From the NCBI GenBank assembly GCA_016703745.1, contig JADJBK010000007.1, forward strand, positions 1,413-65,412: 64,000 nt of DNA, in the 5' to 3' direction. Of the stretch, positions 24,557 to 35,052 are shown one piece after another. The DNA is from Nitrosomonas sp. (GTDB lineage Bacteria; Pseudomonadota; Gammaproteobacteria; Burkholderiales; Nitrosomonadaceae). Below the pieces are notes generated by a model. It ran no database searches. It worked only from the letters and a program-made list of their open reading frames with translations, and had not been told where the DNA came from. Numbering within the stretch: the first letter of the stretch is position 1; the number at the start of each line of letters is the position of its first letter. The translations under genes were made by a program, and so were the position numbers.

Positions 24557-25021
24557 TTACCGCGCAGCGCTGCACTTGCCAGGCGTCGCCATTTCGAGTT
24601 TGGTAATATCGGCTTTGCCTTGTTCTTCAGGGACTTGTTCCACTCCGGCACCACCAACAAATACCCCAATTTTGATGAACTGCCGAATGAAATAGTTCTT
24701 TCCGGCTTCTAGCACCAGCTCAAGGGTGTTTGGTGAAAACTCAGATTCGGTGTCGATTTTGTGAAGTTTTTCGCCCTCAACTTCTGTATAAAAGAATACA
24801 TCAGGCGCACTCTCACCGATGCACTTTCCATCAATCCATAAGTCCTTCTTGAGGGCCTTTCCAACGAAGCTATTACGATAGAGATAAACGCCGGCATTAC
24901 CTTGGCTTGGAGCGTTGAATTCCTTTGCTTTTGCTGACTCAGCCTTTGGGGCCATCTGTACTGATGCACACCCTGAGAAAAGAAGCGTGGCGGAAATTGT
25001 AAAGGCGACCATGATTTTCAT
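24557..25021 (-). CDS. DUF2846-like lipoprotein
   Basis: Lipobox FSGC; GVYLYRNSFVG..WIDGKCIG..GKNYFIRQ. Confidence 0.75.
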   Translation of the reverse strand: MKIMVAFTISATLLFSGCASVQMAPKAESAKAKEFNAPSQGNAGVYLYRNSFVGKALKKDLWIDGKCIGESAPDVFFYTEVEGEKLHKIDTESEFSPNTLELVLEAGKNYFIRQFIKIGVFVGGAGVEQVPEEQGKADITKLEMATPGKCSAAR

Positions 25022-25145
25022 TAAAATAGTTCCACGATATGGTTAGGAGTTCAAGCTGATTTCTGCTTGCACAGGGCATTTCTAGCATCAGCGCATTGAT
25101 GACTCATGATGAGGAAGCAGATCGGTTCTGTCGCATTATTTAAAG

Positions 25146-25892
25146 TTAAGAAATAACTAACCCTAAAAAAGGACTACTATCAAGAATACCGACAAGACTA
25201 GAGTCACCAGCCCAATATTCTTCAATCTCATCCACGGCATTTTGTACCGTAAAGTCTACTAAGAATTCGTCTGAATATGGTGTCGCGGCAGGATCACTCA
25301 AAGCATCGGCCACTATCGCAATAAAATCATTAAGATTGTTTAAATCGAGTGGCGGGAAATCAATAATTCTTTTAAGTTCTATAGCGTCTAAAGAATTAGT
25401 TATATTTATCAATGTGCCGAAAAATATGGATTCTAGGCTTTCGCTATTTGCTGGCACATTACCTAAATGAGAAACACCCAGTTCATCTGGTGTGTATACA
25501 TTATCCTTATTTTGATAAAAGAACACAGGTTCAAAAAAAGAGTCATAGTCACCAGGATTTTTTAATAATGCTTTAACTTGATCTCTCAAAGAGGCTGTGG
25601 ATAAAACACCAGTGTGATCGTTGAAGTCAATAAGATAAGACAGATCTCCTGGATCAGAATTGATTAATATTTTTACTTCGTCCAGTAATTTAGTATCCAA
25701 TCCAAAAGATGCAAGATAACCACTGATTACAGCAGATGAGTATCCTGTGATTTCGCTAAGCATTTCAGTGGTTATACCGAACTCTGCTGCTTTATTAAAA
25801 ATAATACCGGGTTGATCAACATTCGCGAAAATAAAATCACGCGCTTCTGAAATGCTAATTCCGGGAGGTAAAGCATCAATTGCTATTGCCAT
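25146..25892 (-). CDS. Acidic hypothetical protein (248 aa)
   Basis: Clean ORF with AGGA upstream; C-terminus duplicated at 15218-15561. Confidence 0.75.
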   Translation of the reverse strand: MAIAIDALPPGISISEARDFIFANVDQPGIIFNKAAEFGITTEMLSEITGYSSAVISGYLASFGLDTKLLDEVKILINSDPGDLSYLIDFNDHTGVLSTASLRDQVKALLKNPGDYDSFFEPVFFYQNKDNVYTPDELGVSHLGNVPANSESLESIFFGTLINITNSLDAIELKRIIDFPPLDLNNLNDFIAIVADALSDPAATPYSDEFLVDFTVQNAVDEIEEYWAGDSSLVGILDSSPFLGLVIS

Positions 25893-26198
25893 GATAAATT
25901 CCTATAAGTTAAATAAGTTATATTTCTAGTGTTTGTTCTACACTGGGCGGTCATCGCCTGACGAGACCAGTGCTGTTATTTTTAACATTCCAAGACACGC
26001 ACTGCCATACATAAAATTACGTACCTTTATGTTGATGGGATTTAACGGTTCCGTTGCCAATATTCATAAAATGCAAAGTTACATTTGGAGTGAAGCTGAC
26101 TACACGCAAATTCCTACCTACCGACTTAATTGATAGTCAGTTGGCTGATTACAGAAAACTAGAATAATTAACCGGTGAGAATCGTCTTCTCAAGCAAC

Positions 26199-27470
26199 TG
26201 AGGTATGCTGATTTTCATGGAGTCCGAAGTTTCATAAAATGAAGACATGAAATGGAGGATGGAGATGGAATTACGCCGCGCACAATATAGCCAGGAATTT
26301 AGGGAGCAATCAGTTAAGTTTTTTAAAGAAAGTGGATTAACTTTGGTTGAGGCGGCAAAACGGCTATCTTTACCGAAAGGAACATTAAAGAATTGGGTTT
26401 ATGCTGACAAACGAGGAGAACTCGCATTGGTAGGTAAGCATCAGAAGCCTCTGACTGAAGTTGAATTAGAGCTATCCAGAGTTAAACGAGAATTAGCAGA
26501 AGTGAAGATGGAGCGTGACTTTATAAAAAAAGTGTGCGACGTATTTCGCGAAGGGGTCGCGGTGAGATACGGTCTGATTGAATCGATGCGACAAAGATAT
26601 CCGATTGCGCTCATGTGCCGGGCATTTGATGTTTCCGAGAGCGGCTTTCATGTCCAAAGGACTCGCCCAGTCTGTAAGCGTAAGCAGGAGAATGCAAGAC
26701 TGGAAATAGAAATACTGGCCGCACACCAACGTACACGAGAGACCTACAGTGCCGAGCGCTTGCATCATGACTTGGCGGATCACGGAGTACAAACCACACC
26801 ATACCGCGTTAGAACATTGCGCAAGAAATTGAACTTGCGTTGTAAGCAAAAACTGAAACTCAAGGCGACAACCGATTCTAAACATCATTTACCGGTTGCG
26901 CCCAATATTCTGAACCGGGAATTTGCTGTTAACGCACCGGGTAAAGTGTGGGTCAGTGACATCACTTACATCCCTACAGACGAAGGTTGGTTGTATTTAG
27001 CTGGCGTAAAGGATCTGTTTAATGGAGAGCTGGTAGGCTATGCCATGAATGAGAGAATGACTAGGAGCCTGGTTATACAGGCATTATTTCGTGCAACTGC
27101 AAGTAAACATCCCGGTAAGGGACTGATTGCTCACTCAGATCGCGGCAGCCAATACTGTGCACATGATTACCAGAATTTATTGCAACAATTTGGCATGATC
27201 GCTTCCATGAGTCGCAAGGGTGATTGCTATGATAACGCGCCGATGGAAAGTTTCTGGGGAATACTTAAAACCGAGCTGGTGCATCATCGGAGATTCAAAA
27301 CACGACAACAAGCCATTCAGGAGATTACCGAATATATAGAAATCTTCTATAACCGGCAGCGAAAACAGAAAAGGCTGGGCTACTTGTCACCAGCACAATT
27401 TACGCAGCAATATTATGCAAATCTGCTTGTTGCTTAAACCGATGGACTCCATTTTTGACAGCTCATATCA
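26199..27470 (+). mobile_element. IS3-family element copy 2 with fused OrfAB (26247-27437)
   Basis: Near-identical to 7328-8598 but A7G at the slippery site. Confidence 0.95.
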
Positions 27471-28349
27471 TCGCTTCGCCAATCGCCCCAGCGTTTGTCG
27501 GTGCCGTCACTGCAACCGAGACACGAGCCTCACTGCGGGCACCGTCATGGAACGCACCCACAAACCTCTCTCCGTATGGTTCTGGGCAGCCTACTTGGTT
27601 GCCAGCCAAACACCCGGTATGTCTGCTGCCCAATTCCAGCGGCAACTCGGGCTGTCGCGTTATGAGACTGCTTTCCAGATTCTCCACAAACTGCGGGTCG
27701 GCATGGTGCGTCCCGACCAAGATCGGATTGGTGGCAACCCCTTCGATGCCGTCGAGGCCGATGAAACCTACGTCGGAGGACGTACTCGCGGCAAGGGTCG
27801 AGGCGTTCACGACATGGTTCTCGTCGCCGGTGCGGTCGAGGTTAAACAGCGCAAGCACGGTGGCAGCCTCAATAAGCGGAGGACTGGGCGTTACGCCGGA
27901 CGTGTTCGGCTCGCTGTGGTGCCAGACCGCAGTGCCAAATCGTTGGGCGGTTTCATTGAGCGCGTCGTTACGCCAGGCGCCACCATCATTACCGATGACT
28001 GGAGCGGCTACGCGGCGCTTGAAAAGCGAGGGTATCTTCATACCGCCGTTGCGGAACGTGGCGACATGCAAGTTGCCGAAACTTTTCTGCCCATCATTCA
28101 CCTCGTGTTCTCCAATCTCAAAACATGGTTACGTGGCATTCACCACGGCGTCAGCCCGCAACACCTGCAAGCCTATCTCAACGAATTCACGTTTCGATTC
28201 AACCGCCGTTTCTACCCTTTCAACGCATTCCGTTCCCTGCTTGGCATTGCTGGTGATGTCACTGCGCCGACCTATGCTGAACTTTATACAAAAAAATCAC
28301 GGCCCACTACTACATCTAGCTACCTTGGGAGTTAACCGGATAAGCACGG
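27471..28349 (+). mobile_element. 5'-truncated copy of the IS1595 element at 22022-23137
   Basis: Near-identical from about 22259 to the right TIR; left part replaced by IS3. Confidence 0.92.
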
Positions 28350-28729
28350 TTGGTTGAATGTGCCCTGCAAGCAGAAATAGCCAGGCACCCTTGTCACGAT
28401 AAGCACGAAACTGTAACAAATTCCACTGGCAATGCCAGAAATGATAAAAGTCGTAAGACCCTAAAAGGTGAATTCGGTGAATTGCCCATCGAGATTCCTC
28501 GTGACCGTTAAGTCAGTTTCGAGCCACAAATTATTCCCAAGCACCAAACTTGCAGAGTTGGCTTTGATGACAAGATCACCTCGCTTAATGCGACAGAGCC
28601 GTTTTTTTTCTGGCGTTTTTCACTTTGACATCTCATAAACTCTTTAAGCATATGTAAATATTTATTTATACTTTTCACGTATCTATACGCTTTTAATTGT
28701 CCCTGCTCTATAGCTTCCTTTAAGGAGGG

Positions 28730-29119
28730 TTATTTCCGTCCCCTGCCCCGGTGTTCTTTGATAAGTTTCACTTGTTCCTGCGAATTTTTTTCAGCAAAAA
28801 TATGCAAGGCGGCTCGGACAATATCTGATCCGGAAGGCTGTGAGAGTCCTTCGTCTGGATTATTCAGATAAGCCCTCAAAACATCATTGATAATGTTGCA
28901 TTCATCTTGAAATAAAGAAAATGTTTTTGTAATTATTTTCTTTTTTTTTGGTGCGGCTTGCCGACTTTGGAAATCATTTTGCTCGGCAACAGCCTTTATA
29001 GCTTCCTTATCTGGCTGTGGTTTTCTAAGAGACGTTTTTTTCTTCCCCTGTTCTGTCTTAAATCTATCAAGATCGATGCCCACAAAGGGATCTACAGGAT
29101 CATTTTTTGGGTTGCTCAT
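28730..29119 (-). CDS. ParA partner, probable small centromere-binding protein
   Basis: ATGA-coupled to parA; C-terminal TKTFSL..SDIVRAAL resembles a ribbon-helix-helix. Confidence 0.6.
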   Translation of the reverse strand: MSNPKNDPVDPFVGIDLDRFKTEQGKKKTSLRKPQPDKEAIKAVAEQNDFQSRQAAPKKKKIITKTFSLFQDECNIINDVLRAYLNNPDEGLSQPSGSDIVRAALHIFAEKNSQEQVKLIKEHRGRGRK

Positions 29120-29817
29120 GCCACACCTTTAAATATTTTAGTTTTTTTGGGTTGTAGACTGTCTAATTTTTGGATTGCCTCGGCTGCAAATTCAGCAGAA
29201 TTTTTACGGGCCTTGTCTAATCCACTGACTTGCGAATCTTCTAGTTGAGCTAATGTACATGTATGGTCAAAAACAGCTTTAAAAGCTTCGCGTTCGTTTA
29301 TTTCCACGATGAAAGATTCAACCTTGTTTGCCCCTAAACTCTCAAGCATTCGCTTTAATCCTTTGCTGCGAATGGCAAGGCTGGTTCGCGTCAAAAGTAA
29401 TGCTACGGGAATTTCACGCCGAGCTACACTGGATTGCCGCTTGACCAGGGAAAGGGCCTTTGCCGCTTCTCCTGCGTCCAGTGTCGAACGCTGTGAAGGC
29501 ACAATGACCAGATCAGCCCTTGAAATTGCATAAGCAACGGATAAATTTGCGGTTCCCTCAAGATCAACAATAACAAAATCACTTTCTCCTGCTGCTGTGT
29601 CGATATCATCAAGGATAGATTCCTCATTTTTGTTGACCATGATAGTAAGATTATTGGCCTTCCCTCCCCCTTTCCTCCAATTTTCAATCGGATGATTGGG
29701 GTCTGCATCAACGATGGTAATACTCATATTTCTGTTGGCAAGCTCTGTTGCCAATAGAAAAGCGGAAGTGGTTTTCCCCGCACCACCTTTTGGACTGGCA
29801 AATACAATAACAGGCAT
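29116..29817 (-). CDS. parA: Short (type Ib-like) ParA ATPase
   Basis: KGGAGKTT deviant Walker A, VDADPN, VIVDLEG. Confidence 0.92.
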   Translation of the reverse strand: MPVIVFASPKGGAGKTTSAFLLATELANRNMSITIVDADPNHPIENWRKGGGKANNLTIMVNKNEESILDDIDTAAGESDFVIVDLEGTANLSVAYAISRADLVIVPSQRSTLDAGEAAKALSLVKRQSSVARREIPVALLLTRTSLAIRSKGLKRMLESLGANKVESFIVEINEREAFKAVFDHTCTLAQLEDSQVSGLDKARKNSAEFAAEAIQKLDSLQPKKTKIFKGVA

Positions 29818-29829
29818 AGACTCTCCTTT

Positions 29830-30060
29830 TTAGTCATGAAGTTCATAGTTATTAACTATGAATAAAACAATTATTAAGTCGTGATGATCGTAATTAATAA
29901 CATAATAATTATTATGTTATTAAGAATCCCACATTGCACTACTTTTGTCCAGCGGTTATTAAGTTAATATAATAATAACTTCATAGTTATTAATTAATAA
30001 ATTATTAGTTATTAAATTAATAATTATGAAGTTAATAATTGTTATTTTAATAACACTTCT
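29830..30060. promoter_or_regulatory. Very AT-rich repeat tract upstream of parA (parS/operator candidate)
   Basis: TTCATAGTT-ATT-AACTATGAA palindrome near 29842, repeated TTCATAGTTATTAA and many TAATAA/TTATTA units. Confidence 0.5.
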
Positions 30061-30697
30061 TTACGTACAAATTTTATAAAGTTGTGAACTATAACCATGG
30101 TTTAATTTAGGCTCACCACATTAAATAGTGAACCCACAACCAGTGATCCTTGGCGCTGTCAAAGTGATGTCAGTATCAGAACGTCAGAAGGGTGAAATTA
30201 TGCAACGTGAATGGAGGAAACTCACAGGAGTGTTAGCAACGCTGACGTACGCGCAGGGCAGGGCAGGGCAGGGCACTGAAGGAAGAATTGGTTGCCGAGG
30301 ACGAGGGGGCAGCGGTGATCGAGGCGATCGAGATAAAGAGTAAGTCTGTGGCGTGCCCTTGCCGGCGTTTATCATATCCAGAACGCCAATGCCTACGACA
30401 GTCGTCTCAAGATACAGATGCACCGATTCCATGGCGTCTCCCCCAAGCACCTCGCTTCTTATCTTCCTTGGTTCCGCACCCTTGAACGGTCAACTCTGGC
30501 CAACGCATCGCCTGCGTCATTACTCGCCCTGACTCTCAGAGCTCGCTGTCATTACTTAACGCGAATTGAGCCTTAATTTAAGGAAAACAGCCTGCTGAAA
30601 ACACAATTATTTCAATAAAGGGTGAATTTAACAAACGACACTAAAGTCCCATAGGATTTCGAGTATCTTTTCTTTTTCGCCTGCTTCATAAAAACGC

Positions 30698-31195
30698 TCA
30701 CGGCAGATAAGGAATCCACCCACGCCTAAAGGCTTCCTCTTGGATCTCACGTGGCGCATGTCGGACATCAACAATAAGACCGTTCACCTGGATTAGCCAG
30801 ACTATTGGATTGTCTGCCATACGACTTGGGAGTGTCCAGTTTGGGTCAGCCTGTCCAGACTTCAACAACTTCATAATCGCTGTCGATTTCGCAGAACCTG
30901 TTTTCGGGCTGAGACCAAAGTGCTGGCACAACTCATCCGCCCGCATGTGCGGCGTTTGGCTCTTGTCGAACAGAAAGTTGACTCGGCCCACCGAGTAAAC
31001 AATGCCACAGGCCCACGTATTGGTTTTTCCAGTGACGACCGGTGATGAACGCTTGCAGCAAAGCTTGGCTGTCATGCGCCTACAAAGGTCCTGATACTCT
31101 TTGTTCAAATGCTGCTGGCAGAATTGATCTGTAAGCGCTGCAATTTCGTCGTATTTTCCCTGCAGCACAGCTGGCACCCGCTCTGTTTCACTCAT
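30698..31195 (-). CDS. Hypothetical protein, DUF6398-like
   Basis: FCQQHLNKEYQDLC..WACGIVYSVGRVNFLFDKSQTPH pattern recognised from memory. Confidence 0.65.
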   Translation of the reverse strand: MSETERVPAVLQGKYDEIAALTDQFCQQHLNKEYQDLCRRMTAKLCCKRSSPVVTGKTNTWACGIVYSVGRVNFLFDKSQTPHMRADELCQHFGLSPKTGSAKSTAIMKLLKSGQADPNWTLPSRMADNPIVWLIQVNGLIVDVRHAPREIQEEAFRRGWIPYLP

Positions 31196-31469
31196 AATGT
31201 ATCCTCTGATTCACAAAGGGATGCTGGCTTTGGCTGCCTTCAACCCGTTTTTCTTAAGCCAATTATGCAGATTTGCGTCAGTCTTATGATAGCGCTTGGC
31301 AATAAACTTCTGAGTCGAACCGTTCGCTAACGGGGTTTGAAGTTCTCCGGTACGGAAACGTACGTTAAGCAGTAACATTCTGATTTGTTGTCAGTTATAA
31401 GGTTAAGAAATATAGCGCTAAATATTATTATTTATGCCATTCAATGTTATTGAACCGGTATTAATACTT

Positions 31470-32756
31470 GGGCACCTCGAATAACCCGATGTTTTCAGTA
31501 AATCCTGCCGCAAAATGATGACCGCGACCGAATTCGATTCGATTTCCACGACAAATCGCCACTTTTCCTGGCGATGTCGCGCCGTTTTTACCCCGAATCG
31601 CCCTGGACATTGGCGATTCGGCCCATTTCGGGTGTTAAAAGGCCCTGATTCCTGTCTCTTCGAAGTAGACCAGTCGCTTCAGGTTGTAGCAGGCCGCCAC
31701 CATCGTCATCGCAAAGTTGGCCCGCGCCTGACCGATAGTGCGCAGCAACTTGCCGCCCATCTGCTCGATAGCGCCGAACACGTGCTCGACCCGTGCGCGC
31801 GTCTTGGCAATACGTTTGTTGCGTCGCTGCTGGCACTCGGACAGCAGCTTGTTGCGCTTGCCCTTCCGCTGAATCTGGTTTCGGAAACCGTTCTCCTTGA
31901 GCCAGGCTGCACGCTCCTCCGACGGGTAGCCTCGATCGGCATAGACATCACGACTCGTGTTGCTCGTGTCAAAGACGTTGTCAAAGTGCTGGCTATCGTG
32001 CGTGGAGGCGGTATCGGTCTCAATCCGGCGGATGATCTTGTGCTTCTTGTCGACACTGATTGACAGCTTGTAGCCGAAGTGGCTCTTGCCGTGTTTCTTC
32101 GTCCAGGTCGCGTCGGTGTCCTTCTGGCGCCGCTTCGCCGGCTTCCAGTCGGCGGGCATCGCGCCTTGCTTGATGAGTCCTTTCTCGCCTCGGCTGTTGT
32201 GCTGCCTGGGCGCCGGCACCAGCGTGGCGTCGATGATCTGACCGCCACGCGCGATGAATCCATGTTGGAGCAGCTGCGCGGAGACGCCGTCGAACAGCGC
32301 CTTGGCCCCTGCTTCACCGATCCGGTTCTCGAAGGTCCACACGGTGGTGCGGTCGGGGACGTTCGTCGCGTTCGCCAGGCCGCAGAACCGTTTGTAGCTC
32401 ATGCGGTCGAGCAACTGGTACTCCGTCTGTTCATCCGAGAGGTTGTACAGACGTTTCAGAACAAGAATGCGAACCATCGTCTCGGTCGGGTACGGCGGAC
32501 GTCCGCCCTGCGGACTCATCGGACGGGGTGCCACCCGATCAACCTCCATCGCCAAGGCAGCAAAGTCAATGTGCGACTCGATCTCAACCAGTGGGTCACC
32601 CAGCGAGTCGATTTTCTTGCGGTGGTGTTCGTCGGCGAACAGGTCGAGCTTGATGGCGCTATGTGGTTTCATCGGCAGGAGAAGAATGGGTTTCAGGATA
32701 GCGCAATTTTACCAAGTCTATCAAGAGTGGGCGAGTCGAGGTTTTTCGAGGCGCCC
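31470..32756 (-). mobile_element. IS5-family element copy 2; transposase 31635-32672
   Basis: Near-identical to 20308-21594; 4-bp ACTT target duplication. Confidence 0.95.
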
Positions 32757-32773
32757 ACTTATTAATCTATTTT

Positions 32774-32786
32774 TTTAGCCGCTAAA
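32774..32786. promoter_or_regulatory. Exact IncP-1 KorB operator consensus
   Basis: TTTAGCCGCTAAA matches OB TTTAGCSGCTAAA. Confidence 0.45.
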
Positions 32787-32990
32787 GCGGGTCTGGTTTC
32801 CCTTCGCGTACGTTTCCGTACCGGAGGACTTCAAACCCCAACACCAGTTTCACGCTTGCTTGAATCTATTCATATCGATTCACGATAGGTCCGGCGCACT
32901 AGCGTGCTATTTTTTCCGTTTTGTGAAGCATCCCCAGCCTGCTGAAAACACAATAATTTCAATAAAAGTTTTTTGACAAACAAATCTTTA

Positions 32991-33014
32991 TATAGTATCA
33001 ATAATGATACTATA
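32991..33014. promoter_or_regulatory. hicAB operator palindrome
   Basis: TATAGTATCA-ATAA-TGATACTATA downstream of TTGACA and overlapping TATAAT. Confidence 0.65.
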
Positions 33015-33030
33015 ATAGAAAGGTAGTCTT

Positions 33031-33288
33031 ATGACACAGACAGAAAAGCTATTAGAATCTATTAAGGCGAATCCTAAAAATGTCAGGTTTTCTGATCTGG
33101 TAAAAATATGCAACCAGTATTTTGGAAAACCAAGGCAGCAAGGAACAAGCCATATAATCTATAAAATTCCGTGGAAAGGCGATCCACGAATAAATATTCA
33201 AAAAGACAAGGACGGCAAAGCAAAGCCCTACCAAGTTATGCAGGTAATTGCAGCTATCAACAAATTAAAGGGGGGAAAAAAATGGTGA
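33031..33288 (+). CDS. hicA: HicA-like toxin
   Basis: NPKNVRFSDLVKIC..RQQGTSH..NIQ..GKAKPYQV. Confidence 0.8.
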   Translation: MTQTEKLLESIKANPKNVRFSDLVKICNQYFGKPRQQGTSHIIYKIPWKGDPRINIQKDKDGKAKPYQVMQVIAAINKLKGGKKW

Positions 33289-33608
33289 ACTATGAACATT
33301 ATACCTACCGCGTTCTTTGGTCAGAAGATGACAAAGAATATGTTGGCCTGTGTGCTGAATTTCCAAGTCTGTCTCATCTTGACAAAAACCATATAGATGC
33401 CATGCAAGGTATACTTAATCTTATAAAAGACGTAGTAACTGACATGCAAACCAACGGTGAAACCATACCAGTTCCTCTTTCTGAAAAGCATTTTAGTGGA
33501 AAATTTCAAGTCCGAATTCCACCGGAACAACATCGTAATCTTGCAGTGATTGCAAGCGAACAAGGAGTTAGTCTGAATCGTTATATAAGTGCCAAATTAT
33601 CTGAATAA
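33282..33608 (+). CDS. hicB: HicB antitoxin
   Basis: YTYRVLWSEDDKEYVGLCAEFPSLS, SGKFQVRIPPEQHRNL..SLNRYI RHH. Confidence 0.88.
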   Translation: MVNYEHYTYRVLWSEDDKEYVGLCAEFPSLSHLDKNHIDAMQGILNLIKDVVTDMQTNGETIPVPLSEKHFSGKFQVRIPPEQHRNLAVIASEQGVSLNRYISAKLSE

Positions 33609-33773
33609 TAAGGGGTGGGTTCAACTTTGAAGTGCAACTTTTATAAGGAAGTTCAGGAAGCGAGCTGCGGTAGTATCGGAGCTTCTTAAACGACCAAGTA
33701 TAAGGAGCAGTGATGAATCAGTAATGAGCTTGCGCAAAGTCAGCAAAAGCCGTGGATCGTTTCAAGTGTACTA

Positions 33774-34629
33774 GGGTCTGTTGACATTTCAATACAACTA
33801 TTTAATAAATAGAGACAAACTTGTAATATTGAGATTCCTATACCACCAATAAAACAAGTTTGCGATGCCCCGATTGATGCTCAGTGATGAGTTCTGGTCG
33901 AAGCTAGAGAAGATTCTGCTTCAGGAAGCCATTTATAACAAGCGTAATTTGCGCATGACGATAGAAGGCATGCTGTATCGAATGCGAGTTGGTTGTCCGT
34001 GGCGAGACTTGCCGAAGGCTTTTGGATGTTGGAATTCTGTCTACAAAAGATTCAATGCGTGGTCATTGAGTAACAAGTGGAGCAGGCTTTTCAAGGCGCT
34101 GATCATTGACCCGGATTGGGAGTGGGGATTTATTGATGGCAGCTACGTTAAAGCACATCAGCATAGTGCGGGAGCGGTTGGTAAGAAGCTGCAGGCCATC
34201 GGGAAAAGCCGTGCGGGGAATACCACGAAGATTCATCTGGTGGTTGATAGTTATGGTTTGCCAGTTGAGTTTGAGATCACCGGTGGAGAAGTCAATGATT
34301 GTTCTGCAGCACCCGATTTGATTGCCAGGTTACCTGACGCGGAAACGATAGTAGCGGACAAAGGCTATGACAGTGATTGTATACGGGAGCAGATAACAAA
34401 GAAGGGAGCTAGGCCTGTAATACCAAGAAAGCGCAATTCATTGAAAGGTAATGCAGACATGGATTGGGGATTATATAAATATCGGCATTTGGTGGAAAAC
34501 GCTTTTGCGCGATTAAAGCAGTATCGCGCAGTGGCAACACGATATGACAAGCTGAAGAGAAATTACGAAAGTATGGTTGCTATGGCTTGTGGATATCTGT
34601 GGCTATCTATGTGAAATGTCAACAGACCC
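33774..34629 (+). mobile_element. IS5-family element (IS427/IS1031-like); transposase 33865-34614
   Basis: TIRs GGGTCTGTTGACATTTC, CTAG target context; IDGSYVKAHQ, ADKGYDS, RHLVENAF. Confidence 0.92.
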
Positions 34630-34631
34630 TA

Positions 34632-34932
34632 GGGGTCGTCTCAGAAAACGGAAAATAAAGCACGTTAATGCGCCGGGAAACTGTGAAGGAGTAAAGGGTG
34701 AGAGTCCCCTACAACACAAGTACAAAAGTAGCTTAACTCATGAAATTTTATGCAAGACGAAGCTCTGACATGTGGGGAAACTACATGCCGTGCTTTGAGA
34801 TACGGCCAAATAATTTTGGCCGTAGATTACCTCTGGCGTAGCAGCGCCAAGGTTGGCGCGGGAAAGTTCAGGCCGTTGCGACCGCTGCTACCGGCTTTAA
34901 CGTGCTTTATTTTCCGTTTTCTGAGATGCCCC
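34632..34932. mobile_element. Tn21-like miniature element (~300 bp)
   Basis: GGGGTCGTCTCAGAAAACGGAAAATAAAGCACG matches the Tn21/Tn1721 IR; inverted copy ends at 34932; no transposase. Confidence 0.85.
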
Positions 34933-35052
34933 CTGAATGACATACTGGATAACCCGTCCAACAAAATTCTATGAAACTTTGGTGCCGTTTGTTTAAACGC
35001 ACCCATTGGTGATGCTCGCCAAAGATAGTGCCTCAATAATCTTCTGCCTCTA

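Larger units (their letters stand above)
31332..32839. mobile_element. Tn3-derived miniature element (~220 bp) interrupted by IS5
   Basis: TIRs GGGGTTTGAAGT(T/C)CTCCGGTACGGAAACGTACG (32/33); left end has 38-bp GGGG..TAAG form. Confidence 0.8.

Noticed and set aside
30128-30485. Short ORFs and a (GCAGG)4 microsatellite
   Set aside because: No RBS-supported ORF or motif I can assign; probably a decayed gene fragment
20308-32756. Composite transposon formed by the two inverted IS5 copies
   Set aside because: Each copy has its own 4-bp target duplication (TCTT and ACTT), indicating independent insertions
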